A stretch of 63,995 bases of DNA, the filler included, from Octopus bimaculoides (Eukaryota), in NCBI RefSeq assembly GCF_001194135.2. It is 4 parts of 4 records of this genome, joined end to end, with 100 filler letters (N's around TTAATTAATTAA, not from the genome) between each part and the next. Parts side by side here need not be neighbours in the genome. Positions count along the whole stretch, not along the records: positions 1 to 23,674 come from NC_068988.1; positions 23,775 to 45,672 come from NC_068985.1; 2 more parts are not named here. One strand, given 5' to 3'. Each line of letters starts with the position of its first letter. The first letter of the stretch is position 1. Shown here piece by piece: positions 13,383-27,160 of the stretch. The position numbers were made by a program, and so were the translations under genes. The notes below the pieces were generated by a model. It saw nothing but the letters and a program-made list of their open reading frames with translations, did not search any database and was not told the DNA's origin.

Positions 13383-13945
13383 TAACAGAACCGTGTACAC
13401 GTGCTCCATTCGTGGGGAACAACTATTATACGATTCTGAGAATTATATTTATTTAGCGGTCTGTACTGATGAGAAACAGATATTTTCGGTAAGAAAATGT
13501 TAATTTCGAAACTAGCTTACAGATAACGGTATATATCTATGTAATATTCACTTGTCTTATCCGCATACATTTTTGTTACTTCGCTAAATTTCCTTTGAGA
13601 ACAATTCGGTCTTANNNNNNNNNNTCTGAGATCTCAAAGGATTATTGTATATGCATATGTATATATACATATATATGAATCTTATCATAAATATAATTAA
13701 CAGAACCGTGTACACGTGCTCCATTCGTGGGGAACAACTATTATACGATTCTGAGAATTATATTTATTTAGCGGTCTGTACTGATGAGAAACAGATATTT
13801 TCGGTAAGAAAATGTTAATTTCGAAACTANNNNNNNNNNNNNNNNNNNNNNNNNNNNNNNNNNNNNNNNATGTAATATTCACTTGTCTTATCCGCATACA
13901 TTTTTGTTACTTCGCTAAATTTCCTTTGAGAACAATTCGGTCTTA
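13383..13945 (+). repeat. Identical ~230-bp direct duplication bordered by short N runs, probable assembly artefact
   Basis: 13383-13614 is identical to 13699-13945 wherever bases are called. Short gaps lie at 13366-13382, 13615-13624 and 13830-13869. Confidence 0.8.
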
Positions 13946-14989
13946 GTAGACACATTACATGTGATCTTCTTCTAGCACATTAAGAGTCCACCTAGTGGTC
14001 TCCTTTATATATATATATATGAGTGTGCGTGTAATGAGATATGGGGAGAGGAAGAGAAAGAAACACAATACATAGACCAGAGAGATAGTTGTTGTTTTTA
14101 ATTTTTCTCTATCTATAAATATATATGCGTGTAAGTGTATATGTACACAAACTCAGGAGAACAAGCACGCGCATGCACGCACACGTATAAAATACATATA
14201 AAAATGAGCGTGTGTACGTGCGTGCTTCGTTGTGTACGTGATGAGTATATATTTGTGTGCGTACATTTGTGTGTGTGTGTGTGTGTGTGCATGTGTATCT
14301 GACTGTGTGTCTTTCTCTCTGTCGGTTTTGTTACGGATTTTGTTAGACAGTCAAATTGATTTTTATCTTAGATGTCTTTAAAAAGAAATTGCAATGCGAG
14401 CTTTTTTTCATTTTGATTTTTGCAGAGCTGTAGAAAATAACACTGTTTTGAAAATCTTGTGTCTTTTTTTGATGTGTTTGACAACAGGTGGCAAATGAAA
14501 TAGAGTAAAAAGTGTTATATTGAGAAATAAAATGAAGTATTTACGCAACAAATTTTATGACAGCTATTCCTGTGAGGATAGCACTTCTGTTATATTTGGA
14601 AAAATAGTCGGAATATAAATCTGTTCTCTAATAGACTGCACAGATACTAGTATTTTCCTTACGTTTACTAACAGTGATGCAACCCTTGTGTTAAATTTCA
14701 CAAACTGATAAACTCACATACAAAGGAGTAAACTCTCTTGGGGTAGAACAGAATGTAACCGAAAGACAACCGTTAAAATTGGTTGTTATTGTTTTTGTTT
14801 TTCTTTTCGTTTTGCTTTTACTCAATGTTTGGTTTTATCTATATAGATAACTGGCAAACTTGCCACAAACATGGTCAACAATAAATATGAAATATCTTGA
14901 AACAATCACCAGATCGTCGCCAGGGTGGAAGACTGGACTAATCTCCAATCGGATCTTCTCGTTGTTATTCGATGACCGGGAAAATACAA

Positions 14990-15700
14990 TATGCAACTAT
15001 ACGAAAATATATTTCAATATTTACTACCGTAAAGGAGCTGCACTTAAGCTATCATATGCTCTTGCCTCCTGCGAAGACCGCGCGGTATCAAAAACCGTTA
15101 ATGATCTTGGAGTAACTGCCGACAACAATTTAAGCTGGAATGTCCACACAAAGAACAAAGTCGCCGGGGCTCTCACGGTGTGCTCCTGGGCCTTCAGGAC
15201 CTTTCGGTCAGGAGAAACTCTTACCATTATCCTTCTCTTCTCCACCCTCGCTCGTCCAGACCCTGAATGCTGTTCTTCGTTGTGATTTCCCTACACGATG
15301 CAAAATATCATAAAAATTGAAGCAGCCCAAAGATCGATCACAAAAAGATAGACATGACAAGTCATGAGTGTTGCGACCGTCTCGAGAAATTCAAACTTTA
15401 TTCCCGCCAACGCCAGTGTGAGCGCTATATAATTTGTGTGGTGTGGAAAATATTCCAACAGCATTTCGCAAATGATGCTTGTATGAACATTAGATTTACC
15501 AAAGGCTTGGTCCCCATGTCTCTTGCCCCGTACAAAAATCATGGTAGCGTCATATGACAACACTTAAGACAAAAGTATTTTACCTCAGCTGGCTCTGCTA
15601 TCTTTATCATCATACCAAAACACACAAGAGAAGTATAAGATCTCATAACATTCAAATGGTTTCTGGAAACTATCCATGTGATGGTAGATACGCTGCATCT
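14990..15700 (+). mobile_element. Degenerate CR1-like LINE, RT C-terminus and 3' end
   Basis: Translation NDLGVTADNNLSWNVH...AFRTFRSG...LFSTLARPDPECCSSL*FP...KIEAAQRSITK...RNSNFIPANASVSA follows the DLGV.D..L.W..H / RTF / RP.LEYCS.LW / IE.VQR pattern of CR1-group RT ends. Confidence 0.85.
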
Positions 15701-15837
15701 GACTATTTTAATGCAGCATAGATTGCAATTTTATCAAACTCTTAAAAAGTACGACACAATCACTTACGTATTTTCACCTGCAGAAACTATCCCTGAATGC
15801 CAGAGGTAAAGAAGATTATATGATAAACACACACTCT

Positions 15838-15917
<80 letters not shown>

Positions 15918-16060
15918 NNNNNNNNNNNNNNNNNNNNNNNNNNNNNNNNNNNNNNNNNNNNNNNNNNNNNNNNNNNNNNNNNNNNNNNNNNNNNNNNNNN
16001 NNNNNNNNNNNNNNNNNNNNNNNNNNNNNNNNNNNNNNNNNNNNNNNNNNNNNNNNNNNN

Positions 16061-16102
<42 letters not shown>

Positions 16103-16461
16103 CATTAACACACAAATGGCGTCCAAATTAGTGACAGATGTTTCGCTAGAGCTTTACTCAATATAATCATAAAAGATTATATATTATACATTCTACCTTC
16201 TCCAGGCATAATTTAAACTGTATCTATGTATGTTTGATAAGTCGTTGTCATCACAACAGTGATCGACATATACAGCTCGAATATGTCGAAACGTATTAAG
16301 AATAGATATGTAAGTCATCGTATATAATTTTATATAGCACGAAATGATTTTGGTAACTACTTTTGTGGTTAATTATTTACAACTATAGAGTGTCAATAAG
16401 AAAGTTCAATTTATAATTAAATACATCAATTAAAATACCACCAATAATTATTTTTGATTAG

Positions 16462-17046
16462 ACGTAAGGCCAGGAATTTCGAAGGGAAATAGTCGACACC
16501 AGTGATACCAGTACTTAATTACTTTATTTTATCGAACCCGAAAGTATGAAAGACGTAGTTGACTTCATCGGGATTGCAACCCAGAACGTGAAGAGCTGGT
16601 AAAAATGCCGCTAGTCTTTCTGTCTAATACGCTACCAATTATGGCAGTTTGTCACATTAAATAATAATAATGATTTCAAATTTTGACACAATTACAGTGA
16701 TTTCGAGAAAGGAGTACGTATTTTATCAGCCACAAAAGGATGAGAAGCAAATTTGACCTCAGCGGCATTTGAATGCAGTACCTAAAGACAAACGAAATGC
16801 CGCTTAGCATTCTGCCCGGCGTGCTAAGGAGTCTGCCAGTAAACCGCCTTAAGAATAATTTCAAATTTTGGCAGAAAACCTCAATTTTATTGGAACAGTT
16901 AATCGATTAAATTGACACAAGTGTTTAACTGATACTTATTTTATCGACCCTGAAAGGATGAAATCGAAGTAGACCTCGGCAGAATTTGAATTCAGATCGT
17001 TAAGCCAGAATGAACGCTGGTAAGCATTTTGTCCGCCTTGACAACA
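16462..17046 (-). mobile_element. Three adjacent diverged family B SINE copies in the same orientation
   Basis: Units at about 16462-16635, 16672-16850 and 16856-17046 each carry tttatc(g/a)...gaaa(g)gatga...gac(c/t)tc...gaa followed by the head region. Confidence 0.75.
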
Positions 17047-18699
17047 TAAACAATTACAATAACAGTAATTATTATTAGTGTTATTGTTATTATTATTGTT
17101 GTTGTATATTAGAAGACGCTTGTAAGGAAGATTAAATATAATGATAATGCGTAGAAGTTAAATCACTTTGACCAGCACCTTATCTTGTTTCAAGCACTTG
17201 TACCTGATCTTCAATATAAGGACAATTTCTTACCAACAATTTCGGAGGTACTAAAAAATAGCTAGAGCACTACTCTTGCTTCTATCGTCATTATTTATTT
17301 GGATGGAATTTCAAGATAAAATTTTAATTAAATGAATTAAACTCCTTGTTCTATTTTTAATCATGGTTTTATTATGTAAGAAAAATTATACACGAATTAG
17401 TCCATAAATGTATAGAAATAAAGATGGGCAAGATTATTCTTATCTTTGGTTGATTAAGATGTTCCATTTAGAATATAATTTCAGTATTGTTAGGAAAAAC
17501 TGAGAAAGAACAGTGCTGCCTATTTTACTTTCATAACAAAAATTTAAACATGCTGTTCCGACACTTTACAGTGAAAGGTTGTTAAATATCTTAACCGTTG
17601 CATGTGTCTGAATCTTTCTTTTAGATTTCCTTTAACATAGTTATTCCAATCTTCAGAAGATAGAACATCCAATGAAATATTATCGTTTATTTTGATAAAG
17701 AGGACAGGACATTTCATGACGTCATTAAATGAAAGGTTTTGTAGCTATGACTAGAGAGTGCCAGGTGCTCGGAAAAGTTTACATTCATGATTGAAATACG
17801 TTTCCTTTATTTTGTTATAATTTCCTTAAGAAAGTATGTTGTGTGCGTTACATAATCTCATGCTGAAGCTGTATAATTCTACAGAATATTGAAAACGAGA
17901 ATACATGTGTAATACAATGTAAATATGTATGCAATTATAATTTACTACCACAAAGCCACCGCTGTTTAATGTATTATGCACCAAACAGCAAAGACGTTTG
18001 CCACTCGAAATGAACCAAATTTTCAGTTAACCAATAATCCATTATTTCCTTGCATTAGGATGTACATTCCAATATTCTCAAAATAATGTTTTAGAATTTT
18101 CTTACCTTAAGCTGCTTGGATCGTTTGGGTGAGATTCTAGTTTAAAAAGTTGCCGCAAGATATGACAGAGGAAAACTACATTCAGCTGGAAAAAAGATTT
18201 TAAGCAGAAAACCTTTGTTAACATAGTATAATTAAACATTCTTACATATAACAAAGAGACACTCACAACATATATAAGATTATGTCTACAAATGGATGAA
18301 AGATAACTTGATAGATGGTGAGGAAGTTATATTAATTAGAAAATATTTGCTGATTTACTTCTACATTATTTGGAGTTCCAAACACGTAATGTATGCGTGT
18401 GATCGGTCAAACAATATATTCTGTATAAAGATATGGCCACCAAGTACTTGAGAAGTCGACTCTCATTTCTCAAAACATATCGTGTGGTTGTTGTAGTTAC
18501 ACTGTGTCAGTCATATGGTGATTGGCCGACAGTGTCAAGGAAGAGCTTGCTAAGTATCCCCAGTTCGCGTTTTGATCACTCGACATTCGAGGATTGAGTA
18601 GAAGGTAGAAGATGGTTACGTGATCCTTAAGGTAACGTCACTTGTATGTGTGACAATTTTTAGTGGTATACTAGCTGCTTTCTTTCAGCGTTTACAGTA

Positions 18700-19300
18700 A
18701 TATATGTTTTAGTGAAATTGCTTGTAAGAAGTAGAGAAAACGCATTGAGAATTTTATTTATTCTTTGTTTTGCCTGCAAGTGATGAGGATTAGCGGATTG
18801 CTTAAATGGTTTCATTCGTGGTGATTTGGAAGGAACTACTGCTGTTTGAGCTCATGTCATTTTTAACAAGTTTGCGAGATCGGATCTGGAATCTTTTAAG
18901 GTCTTTAGATTCCTCTAGTTTGAACATTTTATTCTAGGTGTATCGATAGAGCTTAACAGTATGGAACAAGCATAATTTTAAGGGAGATTTTTAATAGAAT
19001 ACTGTCTTATTTACGTCAAATTGTAGGGAAAACGCCATAACCATGTTTCACTTCGTCTGGAAGCCCAGCAATGAAAAATCTGAAATCTATCCAAGTAACG
19101 CGGAGCATTATCATTGAGTTAATGATCACGTAAAGGCAGATTTTGCCGAACAAAAATGCTTCAAATATTAAAGCAACCTGCTATATATCTTATGCAGAGA
19201 TTAGAATTGCCACCATTGGAGAAACTTTACTCAAATATGTTCCAGTTGCCTGACAGCTTCAGATTTATCGACGCAAGCTCATTTTTCTTCTTAAAGCGAC
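18700..19300 (-). mobile_element. Very degenerate non-LTR RT remnant
   Basis: Minus-strand fragments LHKIYSRLL and LRVTWIDFR (cf. RT motif WIDY.KAFD). Heavily interrupted; clade not assignable. Confidence 0.35.
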
Positions 19301-19951
19301 CGCAATCTGTCTCCTCATTTTCTTATTGTGTCTCTACAGATGACATCAATATAGTTGAGTTATGACACACAAATTTCCTAAATGTTATGTTGAGCAAAAA
19401 TAGTTGAGATGGGTAGAATATATCCATAAATCTCTTTCTTATGACACAAGATGTGTTGAACTCTCACGAGAAGCCTAGTCTATGCTCCATCAAAGCGATT
19501 ATAAAGCTCTTTTAGCAAGGTCCAGGTTACGGCTCTATCGAGAAGAATGCTCTCTACATTTGCTTTAAAGGAGGCAAGTCTTTTTGACTTTGAAATACAC
19601 AATAAGCTTTTATACACGCATCCGGTCTAATTCCCTGAGTGTAGTAATGTCTTTCATGTTTTCAGCAACATAGGGGTGAAGTTACTTGAAGTTAGTCCTT
19701 GAGCTTGTGCGTTCATAGCCATCTGATATAAGTATTTCACTGACTAATAGACCCTGATGATTAGAGACTAGGATTGGATAGTTCCATTGTACACATTACT
19801 AGCCGACTCATATCTGATCTGCAACACATACGACGACATAACCCGTTTTTACAAATGAAAATCAGCTAATTTTTACTTTGTGACGACAACTTTATCTGGA
19901 CAAATTATACTTTGGAATGAATCACCCGCGATACATGCACACACACACACA

Positions 19952-19999
<48 letters not shown>

Positions 20000-22149
20000 T
20001 ATATATAAGAATAATATAACAGTAAGATGGAAGATATCACAGGCTTTAATAGTAGATCACAACATTTGCTTCTGCACTGCACACCCGCTTTAAGTTGCAG
20101 AGTTTATATCCATATACCATTATACAAGATTATCCTTTATAATAACTATATAATTGAATATTCTTCAACAACAGCTGTGTGTGGGCGCCTCATCGGGTGA
20201 GATACAATTAAATCCTGCTAGATTTTTCTAAATTCTTTGGGTATACGGTTTACATTACTTTCCACCAATCAAATTATCAGATTCTTTAGGACACAACCAT
20301 AAACACATAAGTATTACTGCAATAATAGCACCAACAATAATAGCTATAACAAAGTCAAGGTGACTTTATGGTATTCATAGTATTAAGAAACAAGATAAAA
20401 TAGTAACAATCTTATTTCGGTGATAGTGGTAGTCAAAAAAAATAAATATATAAAAACAGAAATAAGCCAAAACCTGAAGACGACTTATACCAAGAAGTGG
20501 ACAAAGTGTGTCGATAGGTTGAAACAAAGGAAATATAATAAAAGGAAAATAAAGATTCTTAGAATTACAGAAGTTAGAAAACTGTTAATTTTATTACGAC
20601 TCAAGTTAGCTTCTTCGAATTATCTCTTATCTACAATATTTATTACGCTTTCCGGCAGTTTGGTTTTCTGTGAACTATATGAACTCTATTGGTTATTAGT
20701 TTCGAAGTTACAGGCCAGCTTTCTTTCAAATATTTTATATGAATTTTTAATTTACTATATTTTCTTTTGATTTTAACAACACTTATCTTATACCCTTACA
20801 AATAACAATTCAATACACCCATTAATATATGCATCAATTTCTATTCTTCCAACACAACTCAATGTCCTGTCAACTCCTTCCAACTGCTATGTTCTATATT
20901 GCTTGTTTCCCACTACACAAAACTATTCACTACCAAAAACATACAATCTTGCACTTTCTAGCAAATACTGAAATTTTTCTCGATATTCGATTACAATATA
21001 ACAAATATTAACTTATTTATGTTCGTATGAATTTTATATATTTTTCCTTCAATATATGTACTTACATTAATTATATTTTATATTTGATACTATATAACTA
21101 TCACTGAGATATATGCCCCTTTATAGCTATTATCGCTATTATATCTTCTACATTTTCTATCCATTCCACCAATCTATCGCCAACACTCCTTATACTATAA
21201 ATTTTACTTGAAGAAAATACATTCAATCCTCTTTCTGAGAACTTTATAATGATAATATGCAGGGTTCGGGATATAAGTGCTTTCTCCTAACTTTCTAGCA
21301 AAGATGTTAATACCATTATTGATTATCAATGGGCTCGCGTCACCGCCACAATTATTGGGGGATTATAATTGACATATGCACATCTTCATAATCATTTTAA
21401 TAATCATACAAACAACACTACTCATTCGCTTATTAACAGCCGTCTGCTCATTTAATTGTAATCTACTTATACAAATTACTCCTATGTATTAACAGCTGCT
21501 GTGTGTTCTAACATACATAATTCTTTTGATACCCTTATAGACAATAATAATGTTGAATCGTTACTTTTAGTCACTCTCTTAGGTGATTATAATTGACATG
21601 TATTAATTATTACAGTATTTTCCTTACGGCTTAAATAAATTTAAAACTTTATAAATTGTTACAATAACTTTGTTGATCATGTAAAGAACAATGTTAACTA
21701 ATTGTTAACCGCTTATAAAATACCAACAGACTGATACACCTTATTACAATTTGATTGACAGCCATGTAAATACAATCTCATCTCATCAAAAATGCGTCAT
21801 CTACGCATTTTAATTGGTGTTTGTATACACATGTAAACCACGATAATGCCGACACGTTATTTGAAATCATCTCTTTAGATGATTATAACCGCCATATAGA
21901 AATTATTATAATTTTTTATACAACGTATATAAATTTATAATCTTTTACTATAACTTTGCTGAACATGCAAACGACAATGTCTACTCGTTACGACGAGTCA
22001 TCCGATTATGGGATATCACACGATTTATACAACTGATTAAAATTCCTTTAGCATGCACAAAAATAAGAATTCCAACCTGGAAACACGTTATCCGCTCATG
22101 CTGTTGAGTGTTTCCATAAAAACATTTTTAATATTATCTAGAATTTTTT

Positions 22150-23635
22150 ATATTATTTTTTAGAACCCTATAAGACAGTACTTTAGTATATGTTTACACG
22201 TAATAATAGCTTCAGAATGTTTTGTTCTTACATAAAATTAACTCTTGAGTTTCTTCCAAGCACAAGGTTTTGTGTTTCTTAATATCGAACACTTTGTTAC
22301 GTAACTTATCCCTTGCTTTTGAGTTTCCACACAAGATCCGCGAGCAAGACGCATTGATTCTTGCACTTATTAGAAAAGTGTGCAACGTGGTTTCAAGAGC
22401 GGATTTGAAGTTATCACTCGTTGAACCTATGTATTTGTATGTATGCTCATTTGTCTCCACTTTATATTAATGTACAATATTCTTTCTCATACAATATTTC
22501 CCAAGTGGATATTTATTTTTGTTTCTGAAACGACACTTTTTAATTCCTTTTCTCTTTTTTTTTTTTTGTTATCTGGCCTCCTCCAATTTCATGCCTACTA
22601 CTATTTTGTTTCACATTGTGCATATTGATATAGTTTCTATACTTTGCTTTCTCGATTGTTCCTAAGTATTTCTTTCTTAATTCTATCTCCTGTTATTTCT
22701 CTCCTGTTTTCTAAGTTATTTTTTCCAGACATGTTGTTTCTATTTGCATTAGAATTTTCAGAATAATTATTAACATACCTCTCGATGTTATCTTCTATAC
22801 TCGCCACCAAGTCTGCACCATTCTGAGACCTGTTTTCATAGTCTAGCCTTAACTCACTTTACATATGATTATTAACTCCATGTATGTAGTATTCTAGCAA
22901 ATGATAACTTTACACTCTTGCGATTAAATATCTTATTGACTAGACATTGGAAAATATCTATCGAATGCAGAAAAAAATTCACAAGCAATTTTCAATTCCA
23001 CTTGTAATCCAAATACCGAATTAAAACATAGTATACCTTCTATATCCGATGTTTTATTGGGTTTGGTGTAACTATTATCATTTTCTTTTCGGATGAAATT
23101 TGGTGCTTTTATTCTTAACCGCTATTTCCCTCTCTCTTTCCTCATTCCAAAATGATGTTTATCTTCATATTGATTGGCGTTGTTTTTCCCTCGTTCTTTT
23201 TGACCTTACTCCTTATATTATTATCCAGTTTCTCAGTGTGCTTACCCATATAATTTTCTCTTTTAGAACTATATCCAATTTTATATTCATTGATTAGTTC
23301 ATTATTAGGAGAATATTTAATTTTGACTTTATACCCGGTCGTAGCTAGCGCCATGTTATAGTTCTCTGTGTGTGCATTGAATATTGTATCATTCGCAGAT
23401 AGTTTTGAAATTCTATCTGTCATGCTTTTTTAATAAGCTTTTTAGCATGAACTGTGGATGATTCGAGTTTTGGTAACACATTTAAAATTTTTCACTGGAT
23501 ATGTTGAAGGGTTCCAACATTTCTGTATTAAGGCGAAGTGTTACACCTAAGAAATTCACTACTATACGATCATTTTCAATGGTTATTGATAACCCTAAGT
23601 ATTTAAAAAATTGAATAGTGATTTATTATTTCATC
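22150..23635 (-). mobile_element. Degenerate Penelope-like element (RT C-terminus, linker, GIY-YIG endonuclease)
   Basis: Minus strand: FKYLGLSITIE...VNFLGVTL...NSNHP...MTDRISKLSANDTIFN...ALATTGYK (PLE RT thumb); KIFNRKSVKLSF (linker); YKYIGSTSDNFK...RINA...LCLEE...NKHSEAIITCKH (GIY-YIG, 22170-22460). Confidence 0.9.
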
Positions 23636-23674
23636 TTTCCAGCTTCAAATTGCTCTCTCTCTCTCTCTCTCTAT

Positions 23675-23774
23675 NNNNNNNNNNNNNNNNNNNNNNNNNN
23701 NNNNNNNNNNNNNNNNNNTTAATTAATTAANNNNNNNNNNNNNNNNNNNNNNNNNNNNNNNNNNNNNNNNNNNN
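23675..23774. other. Artificial scaffold linker N44-TTAATTAATTAA-N44
   Basis: Exactly 100 nt, with a 12-mer giving stops in all six frames. Identical spacers at 45673-45772 and 60751-60850. Confidence 0.95.
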
Positions 23775-24000
23775 ACCACCACCACTACCAGCACCACCAC
23801 TACCACCACTAGCACCACCAGCACCACTACCACCACTACCAGCACCACCAGCACCACTACCACCACTACCACCACCACCACCACCACTACCACCAGCACC
23901 AGCACCACCAGCACCACTACCACCACTACCAGCATCACTACCACCACCTCCACCACCATCAGCATCAGAAGCACCATGTGGCTATGTGGTGGTGGTGGGG
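23775..24000. repeat. Imperfect (ACC/AGC/ACT)n trinucleotide repeat
   Basis: Read directly. Confidence 0.9.
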
Positions 24001-24275
24001 GGACGGCCACAAATAGTTGTTATTTATTTATTTGGTTTATATATTTAGTTGCATTTATTGGAAGGAATGAAAATTGGAATCTATATTTGGTTCGATATTT
24101 ATAAGAGAGAAGAAGAGAGAGAGTGATAGAGAGAGTGAGAGAGAGAGGAAGGAAGAGGGAAAAAGAAAAGAGGGAGAAAGAGAAGTAGAGTGAGAGATAG
24201 GGGTGAATTGAGGGCTGGAGAAAGAGAAAGATAAAGGAAGAAGGAAAAACAAAGAAGGGGGAAGTGAGGAAGAGG

Positions 24276-24327
<52 letters not shown>

Positions 24328-24641
24328 GATAGAGAAGGGAGAGTTGAGGGCTGGAGAAAGAGAAAAAGAAAGGAAGAGAGCGTGTGTAAAAGATATATTA
24401 TATATATATATATATATATATAGGGAGAGAAAGAGAGAGAGAGAGTAACAGAGAGACAGAGAGACACAAAGAGAGACAGAGCGACAGACATGAAGTCCAG
24501 ATACCTCTGTAACACCTCATGGATTGTGGTGTACTTTATTAAGTACGTGGGTATGTGTACAAACAAATGCAAGTGCGCGTGTGTATATGCGTGTGTGTGT
24601 ATATGTGTGTGTACGTGTTTATATGTATGTGTATATATATC

Positions 24642-25045
24642 TTTTACTTTTACTCTTTTACTTGTTTCAGTCATTTGACTGACTGTGGCCATGCTGGAGC
24701 GCCGCCTTTAGTCGAGCAAATCGACCCCAGGACTTATTCTTTGTAAGCCTCGTACTTATTCTATCGGTCTCTTTTGCCGAACCGCTAAGTTACGGGGACG
24801 TAAACACACGAGCATCGGTTGTCAAGCGATGTTGGGGGGACAAACACAGACACACAAACACACACACAATGTATATATACATATATAAGACGGGCTTCTT
24901 TCAGTTTCCGTCTACCAAATCCACTCACAAGGCTTTGGTCGGCCCGAGGCTATAATAGAAGACACTTGCCCAAGGTGCCACGCAGTGGGACTGAACCCGG
25001 AACCATGTGGTTGGTAAGCAAGCTACTTACCACACAGCCACTCCT
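24642..25045 (-). mobile_element. Full-length tRNA-derived SINE, family A, with internal (TA)/(TG) microsatellite
   Basis: Reverse complement reads aggagtggctgtgtggtaagtagcttgc...ggttccgggttcagtccc (A/B boxes), ccttgggcaagtgtcttc (CORE-like), through ...gcatggccacagtc...aatgactgaaacaagtaaaagag. Near-identical to 57609-58007. Confidence 0.95.
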
Positions 25046-26022
25046 ATATATATAAATNNNNNNNNNNNNNNNNNNNNNNNNNNNNNNNNNNNNNNNNNNN
25101 NNNNNNNNNNNNNNNNNNNNNNNNNNNNNNNNNNNNNNNNNNNNNNNNNNNNNNNNNNNNNNNNNNNNNNNNNNNNNNNNNNNNNNNNNNNNNNNNNNNN
25201 NNNNNNNNNNNNNNNNNNNNNNNNNNNNNNNNNNNNNNNNNNNNNNNNNNNNNNNNNNNNNNNNNNNNNNNNNNNNNNNNNNNNNNNNNNNNNNNNNNNN
25301 NNNNNNNNNNNNNNNNNNNNNNNNNNNNNNNNNNNNNNNNNNNNNNNNNNNNNNNNNNNNNNNNNNNNNNNNNNNNNNNNNNNNNNNNNNNNNNNNNNNN
25401 NNNNNNNNNNNNNNNNNNNNNNNNNNNNNNNNNNNNNNNNNNNNNNNNNNNNNNNNNNNNNNNNNNNNNNNNNNNNNNNNNNNNNNNNNNNNNNNNNNNN
25501 NNNNNNNNNNNNNNNNNNNNNNNNNNNNNNNNNNNNNNNNNNNNNNNNNNNNNNNNNNNNNNNNNNNNNNNNNNNNNNNNNNNNNNNNNNNNNNNNNNNN
25601 NNNNNNNNNNNNNNNNNNNNNNNNNNNNNNNNNNNNNNNNNNNNNNNNNNNNNNNNNNNNNNNNNNNNNNNNNNNNNNNNNNNNNNNNNNNNNNNNNNNN
25701 NNNNNNNNNNNNNNNNNNNNNNNNNNNNNNNNNNNNNNNNNNNNNNNNNNNNNNNNNNNNNNNNNNNNNNNNNNNNNNNNNNNNNNNNNNNNNNNNNNNN
25801 NNNNNNNNNNNNNNNNNNNNNNNNNNNNNNNNNNNNNNNNNNNNNNNNNNNNNNNNNNNNNNNNNNNNNNNNNNNNNNNNNNNNNNNNNNNNNNNNNNNN
25901 NNNNNNNNNNNNNNNNNNNATAACTTATAGATAAGAGCAAAAGAAAAAAAATTCTTATGCCAAATATGCCGAGAAATAGACTTTAAATCGTCATATAACC
26001 ACATACAATTCATCGATAAAAG

Positions 26023-26082
<60 letters not shown>

Positions 26083-26129
26083 TATATACATACACATACA
26101 TACATGCATACATACATGCATACACACAC

Positions 26130-26160
<31 letters not shown>

Positions 26161-26431
26161 TGTATGCATGTGTATATATATGTATGTATATATATGTATG
26201 CGAAAGACAAAATGGAAATAAGCGAGACAAGAAGAGACACATGAGACAGAGAGTCACTGATGAGGTCGCAGGAGGTGTGACGAACGAAATTTGATAAACG
26301 TATAAAGTAAAAATGACACGAATAAAAACAAAAGTGAATATCGAATAAATCGTGCAATTGTTCGATTGGCAAAAGGAAAAAAAGAATGACAATCTCCAAG
26401 TATAATATCTATATTATATGTATATTATAAT

Positions 26432-26658
26432 GCAGCGAGCTGGCAGAAATGTTAGCATGCCGGGCGAAATGCTTAGCGGTATTTCGTCTGTCTTTACGTT
26501 CTGAGTTCAAATTCCGCCGAGGTCGACTTTGCCTTTCATCCTTTCAAGGTCAAGAAATTAAGTACCAGTTGCGTACTGGGTTGATCTAATCGACTGGCTC
26601 CATCCCCCAAAATTTCGGGCCTTGTGTATATTATATAGGTACAGGAGTGGCTGTGTGG
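26432..26658 (+). mobile_element. Family B SINE (26432-26626) followed by the head of a family A SINE (26642-26658) running into a gap
   Basis: gcagcgagctggcagaaatgttagcatgccgggcgaaatgc...gagttcaaattccgccgaggtcgactttgcctttcatcc...cgggccttgtg, then caggagtggctgtgtgg. Confidence 0.9.
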
Positions 26659-26984
26659 NNNNNNNNNNNNNNNNNNNNNNNNNNNNNNNNNNNNNNNNNN
26701 NNNNNNNNNNNNNNNNNNNNNNNNNNNNNNNNNNNNNNNNNNNNNNNNNNNNNNNNNNNNNNNNNNNNNNNNNNNNNNNNNNNNNNNNNNNNNNNNNNNN
26801 NNNNNNNNNNNNNNNNNNNNNNNNNNNNNNNNNNNNNNNNNNNNNNNNNNNNNNNNNNNNNNNNNNNNNNNNNNNNNNNNNNNNNNNNNNNNNNNNNNNN
26901 NNNNNNNNNNNNNNNNNNNNNNNNNNNNNNNNNNNNNNNNNNNNNNNNNNNNNNNNNNNNNNNNNNNNNNNTACTTACATCTAA

Positions 26985-27015
<31 letters not shown>

Positions 27016-27059
27016 CGTATATACCCATATATATAAATAGGTATCTGTATATCTGTTTG

Positions 27060-27113
<54 letters not shown>

Positions 27114-27128
27114 ACACACACAGAGATA

Positions 27129-27160
<32 letters not shown>

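Noticed and set aside
20471-20525. CTGAAGA-CGAC...GTCG-ATA hammerhead-like motif
   Set aside because: GAUA instead of GAAA, only a 4-bp helix II and no convincing helix I.
21975-22012. Hairpin actcgt-tacg-acgagt downstream of the PLE ORF, with cggatga on the minus strand
   Set aside because: The position fits a pLTR hammerhead, but the core is altered on both sides (CGGAUGA, no GAAAC) and there is no room for helix III or an NUH triplet.
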